DNA of 64,000 bases from assembly GCF_018977255.1 (NCBI RefSeq), contig NW_024704742.1:37450001-37514000 (forward strand), in the 5' to 3' direction. Of the stretch, positions 36,038-48,215 are shown in pieces. Within the stretch, counting starts at the first letter, position 1; each line of letters starts with the position of its first letter. Below the pieces are notes generated by a model. It was not told where the DNA came from. It did no database searches and saw only the letters and a program-made list of their open reading frames with translations. The translations under genes were made by a program, and so were the position numbers. The stretch comes from Callorhinchus milii (Eukaryota).

Positions 36038-36452
36038 ATGTCAGCCTTGCTCCCTGCTAGCACTCTTACCTCTGGATCAGTAGGTTGTGAGTTCAAGTCC
36101 CCCATTCTAGGCCGACTCCAATGCACTGCTGGTTGAGTGCTGCCTTGTTGGAGATGCTATCCTAAGGATGAGACATTAACCAAGGTCCCTTCTGCCTGTT
36201 CAGATATTAAAGATCCCACATCACTATTCAAAAAGAGAATGGAGTTTCTCTCGGTGTTCTGGCCAACAATCCCCAGATAAAAAATGGTTATTGCCTTCAT
36301 TGCCTGTTTGTAGGACATTGGTGTGTGCAAATAGCTTGCCGCATTGGCCTACAAATACAGTTATTGCACTTTACAGCAAATCCTATGAAATGCTTTGAGC
36401 CATCCTCCCAACATGAACAGGGTGAGACAACATGGAAGGATTACTATTATTA
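36038..36452 (+). mobile_element. Deu-domain-like SINE
   Basis: gttcaagtccc B-box; gatgagacattaaccaaggtccc..ctgttcag..aaagatccc core. Confidence 0.7.
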
Positions 36453-36489
36453 TTGCCTTTAAATATTACTGATTTTAAAAGTTGAATTA

Positions 36490-36809
36490 CAATAAACTCC
36501 ATTAACTCGCCACTTCAAAGGGAAAAGACTCTGTGATGAGTTATCCAGTGTGGCGAGTTAGGCCTATGTATAAATACATAAATAAGTGAGGCCAGGATAT
36601 TGACTGCATGTTGACTTAACACAGGAACAGCAGTAGGCCATTCAGCCCCTTGAACCTGTTCCGCCATTCTATGAATTCATGGCTGATCTGTACCTCAACT
36701 CCAGTTAACCGCCTTTGCCCCATATTCCTTGATATTCTTATTTAAGACTTAATGCAGACTTAAGTGGTATAACAAGATAAAACAGGGTTGAGTTATCAGG
36801 AGTTTACTG
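36490..36809. mobile_element. Tigger-like MITE with a nested CR1 tail (36620-36740)
   Basis: ta|caataaactcc ... gagttatcaggagtttactg; internal similarity to 7350-7504. Confidence 0.65.
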
Positions 36810-36924
36810 TTTATTCATTGTTATCTATCCTTTTTATTATTTAAAACACAAAACATGTTTTGTACACCAATTGTGTATTGAGAATAGCAACATAACTGGT
36901 TTCCTTTTGTAACTTTTTTAACAG

Positions 36925-37018
36925 TATCCGCTGCCAGTCGCTGCTCTACATGGCAATGTTCCGATTTAAGAAAGACACGGCTGTGAAATACTCCCGGACC
37001 TTAACCGAACATTTCAAA
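36925..37018 (+). CDS. AFF1: AFF1 CHD exon ([31 protein letters not shown])
   Basis: ttttaacag acceptor, gtaagt donor; 94 nt; conserved CHD peptide. Confidence 0.95.
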
Positions 37019-37426
37019 GTAAGTGCAAGGACTAAACCAATGGATCCATTGATTAATTCGTGCAGCTCTTTCTTTAACATTCGGATCCCTTTCAGCAACT
37101 GCCTCTTGGTGCGTTAGAAGTGTTTTTAAATTTTAAAGTGAGCATCTTTGCCAGTGGGTGAATGCACTATGCGAGTTCGATATTTGGAGCAGATTCAATG
37201 CTGTGTATTGAGTTAACAGACCTTGGCTCAGGAACTGGTTTGGAGGATTATAACTGGCCTCCAATGTGATGATAAATCCCTATGGGGAATAGCCTGCTTG
37301 GTATTATCAGGGTTTCAACTCAAAGAACGGCCTTTTGGACAAGGTTCTGGAATATAGGGCTTCAGTGTTCTCTTCGGACTTCAATGTTTACAAAACAATA
37401 AATCAAATGTGTGTATTTTGTCCCAG

Positions 37427-37470
37427 GGTTCTTCCAGAACAGCTCAAGCTCCGTCTCCTTGTGTTGCCAG
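37427..37470 (+). CDS. AFF1: AFF1 exon (GSSRTAQAPSPCVA)
   Basis: tcccag acceptor, gtaatt donor; 44 nt; AQAPSPC conserved. Confidence 0.92.
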
Positions 37471-38328
37471 GTAATTAGACCATGCAGATGTAATGCTAAA
37501 TCGATTATTTCATTCCTTTTTAAAAACATTTGATTTGGATTTCGTACAACATCATTGCACAAAGTCCATTTTTATTACATTTACTTATTTATTTTGGTTA
37601 GCCAGGTGTCTGACACATGTGGAAACCCATCGCCATGCTTAAGAGTATCCAAACCAAGCTGAGATTTTCATGCATTCCACCTACACGTGGAAATCCCAGA
37701 GATAGTGCGCATTCCATTCCAAAAATCTATCTCCCTGGAGGGATGCATCCTGCTTACCTAATATTGACTGATATATTCTGGTAATTAATTGGTTTACAAC
37801 AATCAAATCAATATCACTAATGCTTCAGTCTGGGTGTCCTCGTGCATCCTTTATACGGACTGCACTGCCTTTACTATTCATCAACTAATGAATCAGAAAG
37901 TAAGCATGTGAAAGCCCGTGAAGTATATAAGCTATGTATTTGGACGAGACATCCAACCAAGTTAAGATGGATGTTAAAGATCCCGTGGCACAATTCAAAG
38001 AGAAAAGGGAGTACTTCCCAGTGTCTAGACACAATCCATCTCCAAATAAAATTGATCATTTACTACATTTCAAAGTCCTACAAACAGTCCTTTGCTGTGC
38101 GCAAATTGACTGCATCATTCGCCCATAAAATACACAGTAACTGCACTTTACTGTAAAATACTGTGAAGCACATAGACGTTTTGCCTCACAAAGCGCTCTA
38201 TCAAATACAAGAGTAATTACCTAAGAAGCATGAGAGTGATTTGATGACTGATATATTGGATGGGAATGTGAGGAATGCATCTGATTATTATAAACTACTT
38301 GACCTTTGCGCTTGCAATTTCTGACGCT

Positions 38329-38615
38329 GGGGGTTATTCACCAAACAAATTTGTGATTTCCAATTTTAGTTTACGATTTTGAGATTTTTTAAAAAAAATT
38401 GAATCTCAAAATTGGATTAAAAAGGCTGGAAAAAAGAAGCCAGCAATTTTGCCTTCAAAAGATCCCAAAGCAAAACAATAAAGAAAACTCTGGCTTTTTT
38501 CAGACTTTGGCAACTTATGAGAATGGAATGGCGGGAGGATGGACTTTTGAGTCTCAAAATTGTGAATTACAAAACAACAATTTGGAATCAGCACAACAAA
38601 TCTGGATTGTGAATA
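38329..38615. mobile_element. Possible degenerate MITE
   Basis: tattcac...gtgaata imperfect terminal inverted repeats and an internal attttgagatt/aatctcaaaat hairpin. Confidence 0.3.
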
Positions 38616-38936
38616 TTATAGTTCAATTCCCATTCAATTCTGAATAGATTGGCTAAATTGTAGTCATTGCAATGATCCTCCTATGTGACCAGAAATTCAT
38701 AAATCCCTTGGAAGTTTTTGTGGTCAGCTGGGTGTCTGACACATGTGGGAATCCATCACCATGCTTAAGAGTATCCAAGCCAAGCTGAAAATTCCATGCA
38801 TCTCACCTCCATATGGAAATCCCAGAGAAAGATTGTTGGAATGGAATGCGCACTCTTAAAAGCCAAGCTGTTTAATTTCTAGGGTGTTCTGTGCATTGGG
38901 TGTGTGTTGAGGGCTAATTACTTGTCTTTCTGTCAG

Positions 38937-39157
38937 AAGCACTGGCACGCCTTCTCCGCTCTCTCAGACGCCATCCCCTGCCAGTTCTGCAGGCTCCCAG
39001 CCAGGATCAAATGTCAGTAGTGGTGCAAGCACATCATCTGTTGCCATTCCACAAACGATCCATCAGCTGGCTTCCACCTACGTCAACATCACCTCCCTCT
39101 TCCTTTGCGGCCATGACCTGTGGGAACAAGCAGATGCACTAGCAAAAAAACACAGGG
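38937..39157 (+). CDS. AFF1: AFF1 exon (STGTPSPLSQTPSPASS...YVNITS...LWEQADALAKKHR)
   Basis: tctgtcag acceptor (NAGNAG), gtaagg donor; 221 nt open in frame. Confidence 0.95.
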
Positions 39158-40409
39158 GTAAGGAAAAAAATACAGGCACAACAACAGGGGAGGGTGACTT
39201 CCTCATCAATTGTAAAATCAACCTGTCACCTCTTTATAAAAGGTTATTAGAAGATAAAGTAGTGACCTCATGAAATGGTGGTGTGTTCGGGGGGGGGGGG
39301 ATGTTTTTGAAAAACTAAAGTAACAATGTATGAAAAGTATGTAGTGCGAAAAAGGCTTCTTTTAAGTATATCTGGTGTTTAGCTAAACCACGCAGAGCAG
39401 AAAGATCTGTGCTGCATGAGGTGATCTTAGCCTTAGGTGACAGTAACAGGGTGCCACATTTGGTCGGTCTCATTGCACTGGGCTAAGTTATACTTTTTGC
39501 ACCCCCCCCACCCCCCCTCGAGGTTCGTGTGTCAGGACAGAATTAGGTTTGGGATTGGTCCCTTACCAATGAAATCATAGTATCTTTTGAGGCTCTCATG
39601 TAAATAATAGTACTTGAATTGGAGGGTAACCAGCGACAATGGGACTATGTCCTCGATATGAAAAAGATTTATTGTCTTCAGGAGAGGGGAGAAATTTAGT
39701 GGGGTGGGAGGTGGAACTACCAATTAAAGTGATCTTACCTATGTCTGATGAATAGTTAGTTCATTTATTGTTTTTGCAGTATGTTGTAACTAGTTTAATT
39801 TTCTGTGTGTGAAGTGTGAAGCTCTAGTAGGAATATAAACTGTCAGCAGCCAGAGAACCTGTGGCGGATCACAGCAGCCCACAGAAAATGTTTTTTCTGG
39901 AACATCAAAAGCTCTGTTTTTTATATTAGTGGCAGATGCTGCATTTGTATATAGAGTTTCAACAAATTCAACGCGTTTTCAAAAAATAAATGTTTTTAAG
40001 TAAACTGTGCCCACATGTCAGAGGGCTAGAAAAGACTAATAGGTTTGAATTTATTTCATTGAGGTAGGAAAAAGTGCTACTCTTGACAGGGTTGGCGTTA
40101 CTGGCACCCAGGCTGCAGAAGCTTTGGTCCTCTCAGGAGTCAGTGTGGTGACTTTCTCTCTCCCCCCCCCCCCACACACAGTTACATCATAGGAACTTTT
40201 TCCTACAGTAAGACAAACACCAGTAGTGCCACCGGCTCCAGGAGGAATGCTTTTTGGACACAAGTTATTTAATGTATTTTTAAAGCCCTTTCTCCTTCAT
40301 GTAATCTACTGGGGCAATGTTTCCAGTGTGACTCATTTGCTTAGTTAATGATCAGATTAATGCAGTGCAATGGGAAGTGCTCTGACAAAACCCATTTTAT
40401 CTCTTTCAG

Positions 40410-40531
40410 AATTTTTTCTGCAGCTGGATGCAGCAGTAGGCCCTTTAGTCATGACCAGCAGCATGGCTGAACTTGTGCACTGCACCAGACAAGGTTTACA
40501 CTGGCTGCGGATGGATGCAAAGTTGCTATAA
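40410..40531 (+). CDS. AFF1: AFF1 last coding exon ([39 protein letters not shown])
   Basis: ctctttcag acceptor; TAA at 40529-40531; TRQGLHWLR is the AFF C-terminus. Confidence 0.95.
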
Positions 40532-43500
40532 CAAGTGCTGGAATGGGGTTCTTACACCAGCCTGTTTTGTCCTTCAGCGAGCAGCACAAGATTGCAGACT
40601 ACACTGTGCGTGTTTCTTTTGTGGGGAGTGGGGAAGGTCAATTTGCAGGATTCCCTGTGTGGAGTAGATCGGCACTGAATTATGGCAAAAAAACCAGACT
40701 GAAGCTTCAAGGATTCAATTTACACTTCGTGAGCAAAAGTGCAATTTGGTCCCCCTCTTTCCCTCTCTCCCTCTCTTGTCACCCTCTCCCCACCCACCCT
40801 CCAAAACTCAGAGCTAGCAATGCACATCTCTTTGTTGAAGTGTCCTTGAATGTCAAAAGGGCTGAAGAAGCCTTCTGTGAGTCTGTATTAAGGCCAGGAA
40901 AGCAGCAGTAAGCTGTTGCCTTCTCTTATCTCACTAGCAGTGATGTAAGTATTGTGCATTAACTGCATTAATGTAGAAGAACACTTAACAGCTAAAGAAT
41001 GTTGTATTCTGTCACCTGGACATGTTACAGTGACTTCCTGGACAGCTGACAGTCGAAGTGAATTTAAATGCGTCGCCATTTGTTGTTACACTAGGAGCTG
41101 TGAAAGACTATTTTTTGTGTGTGTTTAATTTTCATTTGTTACATCCATATTTACTGCCATTTCTTTACTATTTATTCAAAACAATTTTTCTCTCTGGACC
41201 TAGGTACTCCTACCAATGTGTTTGACAGAATGAAGCACAGGTTTGGCTGTGTGCGGTAGGAGGGGTTGACAAGTTATGTGCTCTGTTTAACAATTGCTTG
41301 CTCTCTACATAATTCAGATTTAAAATAACGTGCAGCTCCTCCTTCACAGAATGATCTATTAAATGTTCAGCGTGCCTTAGATATTCTACTATGTAAATCA
41401 GCAGTTGTTTCTAGCTGTAGATAAAATGCTGCTCTATGGAATTGGACTGAGGAAACTTTATGAAAAGTGTGTTGAATTGCGGTCCAGTTTACAGGACACG
41501 AGTGCAGTTTGTTTCCCACGTGGTTGTCCTTGTGTGTAATGAGGATTTTACACAGGTCACTTTTTCAGAAGTGTTTTGTTCCCTGTAGAACAGACTTGTC
41601 CTGAGCAAAGGCAAGCAAAGGGTTTGAGTATGAAATTATTCTTTTCAGAGGCATTTTCTATGTGCAGGGGTGCGGGGAGGGTGTTTATATTTAAAAAAAT
41701 CATGGAGCCTTAGAAGACATCTAAATATCTGCCCCCAGCATTAGTTTTCTTTTTTTTTAATCTCTATTGCTACAAATTTGAGAGAAAATCTTCTTGATTG
41801 CTGTAGGTTATCAGCATTGCCGGAAAAAATCCTTCTCGGATATGTGGGAATTTTCGGCAAAACACTGCAAACCTGTTGGCAATGCACGAGCGTGGAAAAT
41901 ATCAAGCTGGGCTGTTTTTCTTTTTGCTCATCCCTAGTCTCGACAATGCTGACTGGATTGGCTCCCGTGTGCTCATAAAGCCCCACTGGCTTGCAGCAAC
42001 TCCTGCTTCTAATTAATGTTACTGGAATTAATTTTATTTGAAATTGTACTTGCACATGTATTTTTGCTGGTTGGAATTGCTGCAGAAATGCTCGAGAGTT
42101 TATGTATTATATACACAGTAAAACCAAGTGAAATCGCAAACCCAGCACTGGCTGATCATTGAGATGAATGGGGAAGAAGGTTCCTTGTAGATGACTGCCC
42201 AGCAAGCTGTCCTGTGGCCATATTCTGCAGATGGCTCAGAAATTCATTGTTGCCAGTGCTATCACAAGGGCAACAGATGGAATCACAATGCACTTTGACT
42301 AATAAATTATTTTTCTCCTCTTTGTCCATTTCTCCTCCTCTCCACCCTCTTCTATACTGTTGTACAGTTTCAATTAATAGTTTCCAGGGAGAGATGGGAA
42401 GGTATCTCAAATAATACAAAGAGAAACTTAACTCACCTATTTTCCTCACCTGCTCCTCCCCACTCCCCCAACAAAACAAAATTATTGCTATTAGCACTTA
42501 AAACTTTTATCCAAGTAGATTTCCAAGCTATAAATAATGTGTGCAAATATTTTGTGCAATGCAAATCTACACGCACGTTTACCATCCCCCAGGCATGAAA
42601 GCAGAATAATATATTTGCATTTCTCAATATAAATTGTGTATTGCTTGTTGTGGGCGTCCACGTTGGATCTCAGTTTTAATTGGAGTTTGCAACTGTTAAA
42701 ATACTGCCAACTGCTCGGAAGAAGGAAGGAAATGATTGCAATAAAATGCGGTGCCTTTTTTGTGTTCCTGCCCAGCCTGGTGTGTTCAGAGAGCCTTCTG
42801 CAAGACTATAATTGTCGAAAGGGTAGTAACTTTGTGTGGCGAAAGTGCTTAGCTGAGACTTGAGACCTTCACCACATACCTAATGGTAGGGGTGAGAGCC
42901 ACCATTTTTGGCGATCCTTATTGCAATGACTTGTTGTATTATGTACTGTCACTGTATTATCTTTTGGAGTTTAATAACTCTGAAGCTCAACAGCCAAGAC
43001 AAATCAAACACTGAATATTGTAGAATGCTTCCTTATCAAGCACACATTTAGATTATTGATCAGTTGGTAGATCCACTCAGTGTCTGAAGTAAACTGAAGC
43101 AAGTGTGTAGTTTGAAGTATTTTCTCGAAGGACACAGAAAATCTTGTGGGATTAGCCTTGGTGCTGCATGCATTGCTTTGCAGGTCTTTGAGTAAAATAG
43201 CCGAGCTACATTATTTAAACACGGTTTATTCCCCATATCATAAGATAGATAGCCATCTAACTACAAAAATGAAAATCATGTCTGAGCTTTTTAAGAATAT
43301 TATTTTTGTTGGCAAGAACTATGTGATAATTGCCTATCTAACCCAGGCATGTTGAGTACAGTTTCATTTTCCAATGATGATTATTTGCACCTTTGACACA
43401 TGAATCATGGTCAGCAAAGTAAATGAAACGATGTGTTTCTTTATACACAGTATATCTATCGGGATGGGTGGGTGGGGGGGGGCGGGGAGAGAGAGGAAGT

Positions 43501-46500
43501 GGGTTGTTGCCACATCAGTGGTGCTTTTAGCTCTGAAACTTATGTCAAAAGAATTCCCGACACCATTCAAATCCCAGACAAGCATTCAGATCCTTTCAGT
43601 TTATTATTCCATCATTTCTTCCTCCCCTTTCTCCCCTTACGACAGTTAGATTCATGCAGGAGTACATGTCATTAGCACTGGCACCCTCCAGTAGCTCACC
43701 CAAAGCTGTCATGGTTCAGCCACAAGCCTGGGCACCAGGCGCTGGTGAGCTACTGGAGTACAAAGGAGGAGGAAGGAAATCACAGCCAGTATTGATTCTT
43801 TCTTCACCCAAGTGCCTACGTGTGCATTTCCAACAAGGGTCACTAGATCTGTGAGAGTTTGTGTATTACGTTTTTCATTTAATTTCCCCTCTAGCCTTTG
43901 GTCCTAAGCACAATTGTAGCTTTTCTCTCTTCTCTTTACTCTTCCACCCGCCCATTTCCTGCACCACCCCCCTCCCTCCCCTCCATCTGCACAAAAGAGA
44001 GATCAAACCTGAGATCTTCCAGCACTATGTGGCTTAATGCCACACACCACATGGTGCATTTATCCACTGAACTATTGGGCAGGATTCTGATCACACCAAA
44101 AACATATTCGATGCTAGATTCTTGTTGAGTGCACTGGGTTTTGTAAAAACATTAGCTGATGACAGAATTATGGAGCTGTCTGATCTAATTGTACTTCAAT
44201 AGAAAAACTTGTGACATTTAGTTCCGTTGAATGTCCCTGGCTAGTGAACTCCAATGTGATGCTTTTGTTGTGGACTTTAGTTCTTTCACAAATCTTTCTA
44301 TTTGAAAGAGTCATTGTGCAAATGCTGGTAGGACTGTAACAATGGTGTTGTTTGCACCCACAGTGATCGTATTTGATTTAAGGCTGTTTTATCCACTCCA
44401 AGGTCCTGAATCATACATTGGTTGATATAACGCTGGCAAATTCGTATAGCCTTTGCACTCCAATAATTTCCAAGATAAATTGAACGCAATAAATCTGGTA
44501 TAAAGTTTGTCTTTTATCTTGCATTTTTTTCAGAGCCATTTGTGCTCCTCCTCCACTCTGTGATGTGCACAGTTCTGCTGCCGACAGGGCAGGTTGTCCT
44601 TTGGTGCTCCTGTCACTGGAAAATTCAGCCCAGATTGGCTGCCCCTCAGATTCTTCCATTTCCTCCCCCCCCCCCCCCACACCCACCACACACACTTGTC
44701 TACCCTCAATCCCACAGAGATCAGAAACTCTTCTTGCAGGAAACTGTAAGATTTTGAAGTTTCAAATAAAAATGAATCTGAAATGTTTGCTCTTCGTACA
44801 TTGCACAGTTTGGCCTTTGCCCTGTGGCCCAACAACTGCCAGATTCTGAATGTTCTGAAATGCTTGAGATTCAGGTGGAATTTCACCCTAACCATGTTAG
44901 GTAGTTACATACTTTGCATATTTCACTCCAGGCACTAAACGTTGAACCTTTTGATCCATATTACAGTACAAATTATCAGACTGGGAACAACACTGTGCAA
45001 GCAAAAAGTTGGTTTTACATGTATACAAAACTTTTTCTGTCGCTAGTTTTTGTATTTGGAACTTTACTGCTTTCTGCCTTAAACCAATTTTGAGCTCCAC
45101 CCTTCACTCCCCCCGATAATAATTGCTTACAACCAATAAACAGTAAGTGTGCCCAGGTTTCTTATGGGAGGTCTGCCTTCTTCTACTCTCTCACACCTGC
45201 CACATCTCCATATTTACCTTGCATTCATTGCATTATTTAAGAAAAGTAAATTTCTATGAAAGAAATCTATTATGAAGTACACAGAGAAACCTATAGAAAA
45301 CAAAAAGTCTCATTTACCAAAAGGAATGGTGGGTCCAAACTGGGTTGATTTGAATTAATGCAAAATGCCGGGTTAGTTTGAGGTAAATTGTATCCAAAAC
45401 AATGAGGGATATTTGTGAGTGTATTTATTGTTCCATTATTGACCAAGACATTTAAGTTTTATTTATTATGCGTGGAATGCCAGCCAATCTAGGACCTTTA
45501 TATTCATTGACTTTTCCTCTTGCCCCATTCCATATTCTCAAAGCCTAACCTCCAGAGGTCAATGCCAAATTTCCATTAAAAAAACCTAAACAATCACACA
45601 AGTGCTGGTTGGTACTGTTGTCAAATACACTAATGTCTTCACACTACAGGGCACCTTCAGTAAACCTTAACTCTTGTTTATTGCACTTTTTTCTATTTAA
45701 GAATACAGTATTTGCAGTGCTCAGAGAGGAGTGGGCTGCTGTTCTGCCCGTTAACTGAAAGGATAAATGTGTACAGTATAACAATGTCATTTTTCCCGAC
45801 CAAGGTATTTGTTACTAGACTAACTCAATGTATTTTTGAACCATTTTAACAATTTTTTCTTTTACATTTGAAATATGATTGATCTTTGTGTCAGCAAAGT
45901 TTTTTTGCATAAAAAGGCTTGGATGCCTTGGTTGTATTGAAGACTTAATGCATATGATTTTTTTGTTTCAATTTCTGGTTGAATCAAGTAGAAAACGTTT
46001 GTTCTTCCACCTATGTTTTTATGTTTAAGATGCTCAGTGAATTTATGAATTACTTTTTCTGATGTGTGACTAAATATCAAGGGTTAATGATTGCCTTTCC
46101 TCAGTAGATCTCAAAATGCATTTCTTCATAAATTATTGGCAAACCAAAGTACTTTCATAGAACCACCATAATAATCAGAAGCTTGGCCTTCAGAGTGATT
46201 CAATGCATTATATAAAAACAACTGAGAAATTCAATTGGTCTCTTGGCTAAACTAACTCTGGCAAAACACCATTAGTGGCACATCTGATCAATTTTGCCCA
46301 TTCTAATATTCTGAACCTAATGGGTTATTTTAAATTGTGCATTAAAATGTTATCAAAGGTATCCACTACGAGAGCATACATTTTAGAATCCACAGAGTTT
46401 CCTTGTTAATGATAGTTGAAGAAGGTTCTGGATCAGGTTGTGCTTAAAAACTGTAGACGATTGAGTTTTCCCGAGCTACATTGACTCAAAAGTAAATGTA

Positions 46501-46935
46501 TTATTGGAACACTGGGAGTACCTGCTTCTTGTGATTAATTTGCAAGCAGACCCAGGCAATTAATTTTTTTTAAAAAAAATGCAAACTGAAGGTATTCTAA
46601 AATGGCAAAATAGCTTGCTCTGTGACGTTGCTTAAGTTTCAAGAACTGAATCATGCAAACAATCTGTATTTAGCCAGTTTCAGTAAGAAACTTACACTCT
46701 TGGGCTTCAGTAAATAATTAGTGGTCTCATACCGTGGAACAATTTGCTGCAGATCTGTGGTGAATTTAATTTGTTTTCTTTGTGTAAAACCTCAACCTGA
46801 TTACTTCCAAAAGAAGCTCTTTTAATAATGATCTACAACATCATAGTGATAGGTGACAAAATTGTTTAATTACAGATTCTTCCCCTTTGACAGAAATAAA
46901 TGTTTTTCTGTAAAACAATAAAGGTTTTCAAAAAA
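40532..46935 (+). other. AFF1: Probable long 3' UTR of AFF1 (~6.4 kb)
   Basis: Follows the stop codon; no recognisable SINE/LINE until ~47050; AU/GU-rich; ends at tandem AATAAA. Confidence 0.65.
46895..46922 (+). terminator. Tandem polyadenylation signals (AATAAA at 46895 and 46917)
   Basis: Two hexamers followed by a U/GU-rich tract (atttgtcttcattttgttcc...tgttgtacttttattt), then transposons resume. Confidence 0.6.
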
Positions 46936-47499
46936 AAGATTTGTCTTCATTTTGTTCCAACTGTTGTACTTTTATTTGGTTAAAAGGAGCAGGAATCCAG
47001 AAAAAGCCTGAGATGGGCACAATAATTTAAAAGGAATTTAATTTAATTTTATTTGTTAGCACCCTTGCCTATGAGTCAGAAAGTTGTGGGTTAAGCAACC
47101 ATGTTGGGACTTTGAAGTCACTAACTCCAGTTTGCTTTGGATGAGATATCAAAAACTGAGGACCCATCTGTCTGTTCAGGTGGACATTAAAGAGAGGTTA
47201 ATGGCACTGTTCAAAAAGACATTAGAGTTTCTCCCAGTGTTCTGACCAACAATGCAACCAGGATGGAGATGGCATGGATGTTTTGCTGTGCTTTTATAGT
47301 TCTAGGTACCCTTGATTAGAATTCCAGAATTATGTTGGGAAACCATTGAGCCTAAACTGATGTTAGCTCCTCTACTGGCTTTAACTCACTTCCCAATTTC
47401 TTGGAATATAGTTTTTGCCTTTTTTTCTTGGAAATTCCCATGTCTGAATTGAAATGCAAATTCTCTCGCGACATGAAAGTTTCTATACAAATGTAATTT

Positions 47500-48215
47500 G
47501 TTGTTGTTGGCCACACTGGAGTACTGCATCTAGTTTTCGCCACCTCACTTCAGGAAAAGTATTAAAGCCTTAGAGGGGGTACAGAGGAGGTTTACGAGAA
47601 TGATTCTGGGATGAAGGGCTCGGTTATGAGGAGAAATTGGAGAAGCTGTTTTCATTGGAACAGAGAAGTTTGATAGGTGTACAAAATTATGAGGAGTTTC
47701 AACAGGGTGAATAGGAAGGTTATTTCCATTCATAGTGAAATTAGTGACTAGGGGATATGATTATAAAATAGCCACAGGAACAAGAAAAGGAGAACTTGGA
47801 AGGAATTTGTTCAGGAATTGGAATGTGGAATGCCCTGTTGAGTAAGTTGGTGGAGGTGGAGTCAACAACAACAACAACAACTTGCATTTATATAGCGCCC
47901 ATCACGCTAGGTAGTATCCCAGAGCAATTAACAGTGGCAGAGTCTGACCCCAAGCCAGGGGGAGAGAAAGGGGGGAGGTGACCATAAGCACGATCAAAAA
48001 GGAAGGTTTTTAAGTGAGATTTGAAAGTGGGGAGGGAGGGGGCAAGGCAGAGGGATTGGGGGAGAAAGCTCCAGAGCTTTGGAGCATGGTGGCTGAAAGC
48101 ACAGTCATTGATGGTGGCAAGGAGGGGGCAAGGGATGAACAGTCCATTGTGGCTTTCAAGAGGGAAGCAGACAGGCAGGCTTATGAAAGAGAGTGTCTTG
48201 AATGGGTATGGGGCT
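47500..48215 (+). mobile_element. CR1 LINE remnant with a nested minus-strand L2 3' end (47863-48140)
   Basis: gggtacagaggaggtttacgagaatgat..tgtggaatgccctg; resumes gtggctttcaagagggaag after the L2. Confidence 0.7.

Noticed and set aside
8638..40531. Calling the gene AFF4, AFF2 or AFF3
   Set aside because: KSREYVDTDSS and the GLHWLR..AKL end recall AFF4, but [30 protein letters not shown], EKIFxVLC and STGTPSPLS fit AFF1 better. Phylogeny or synteny would settle it.
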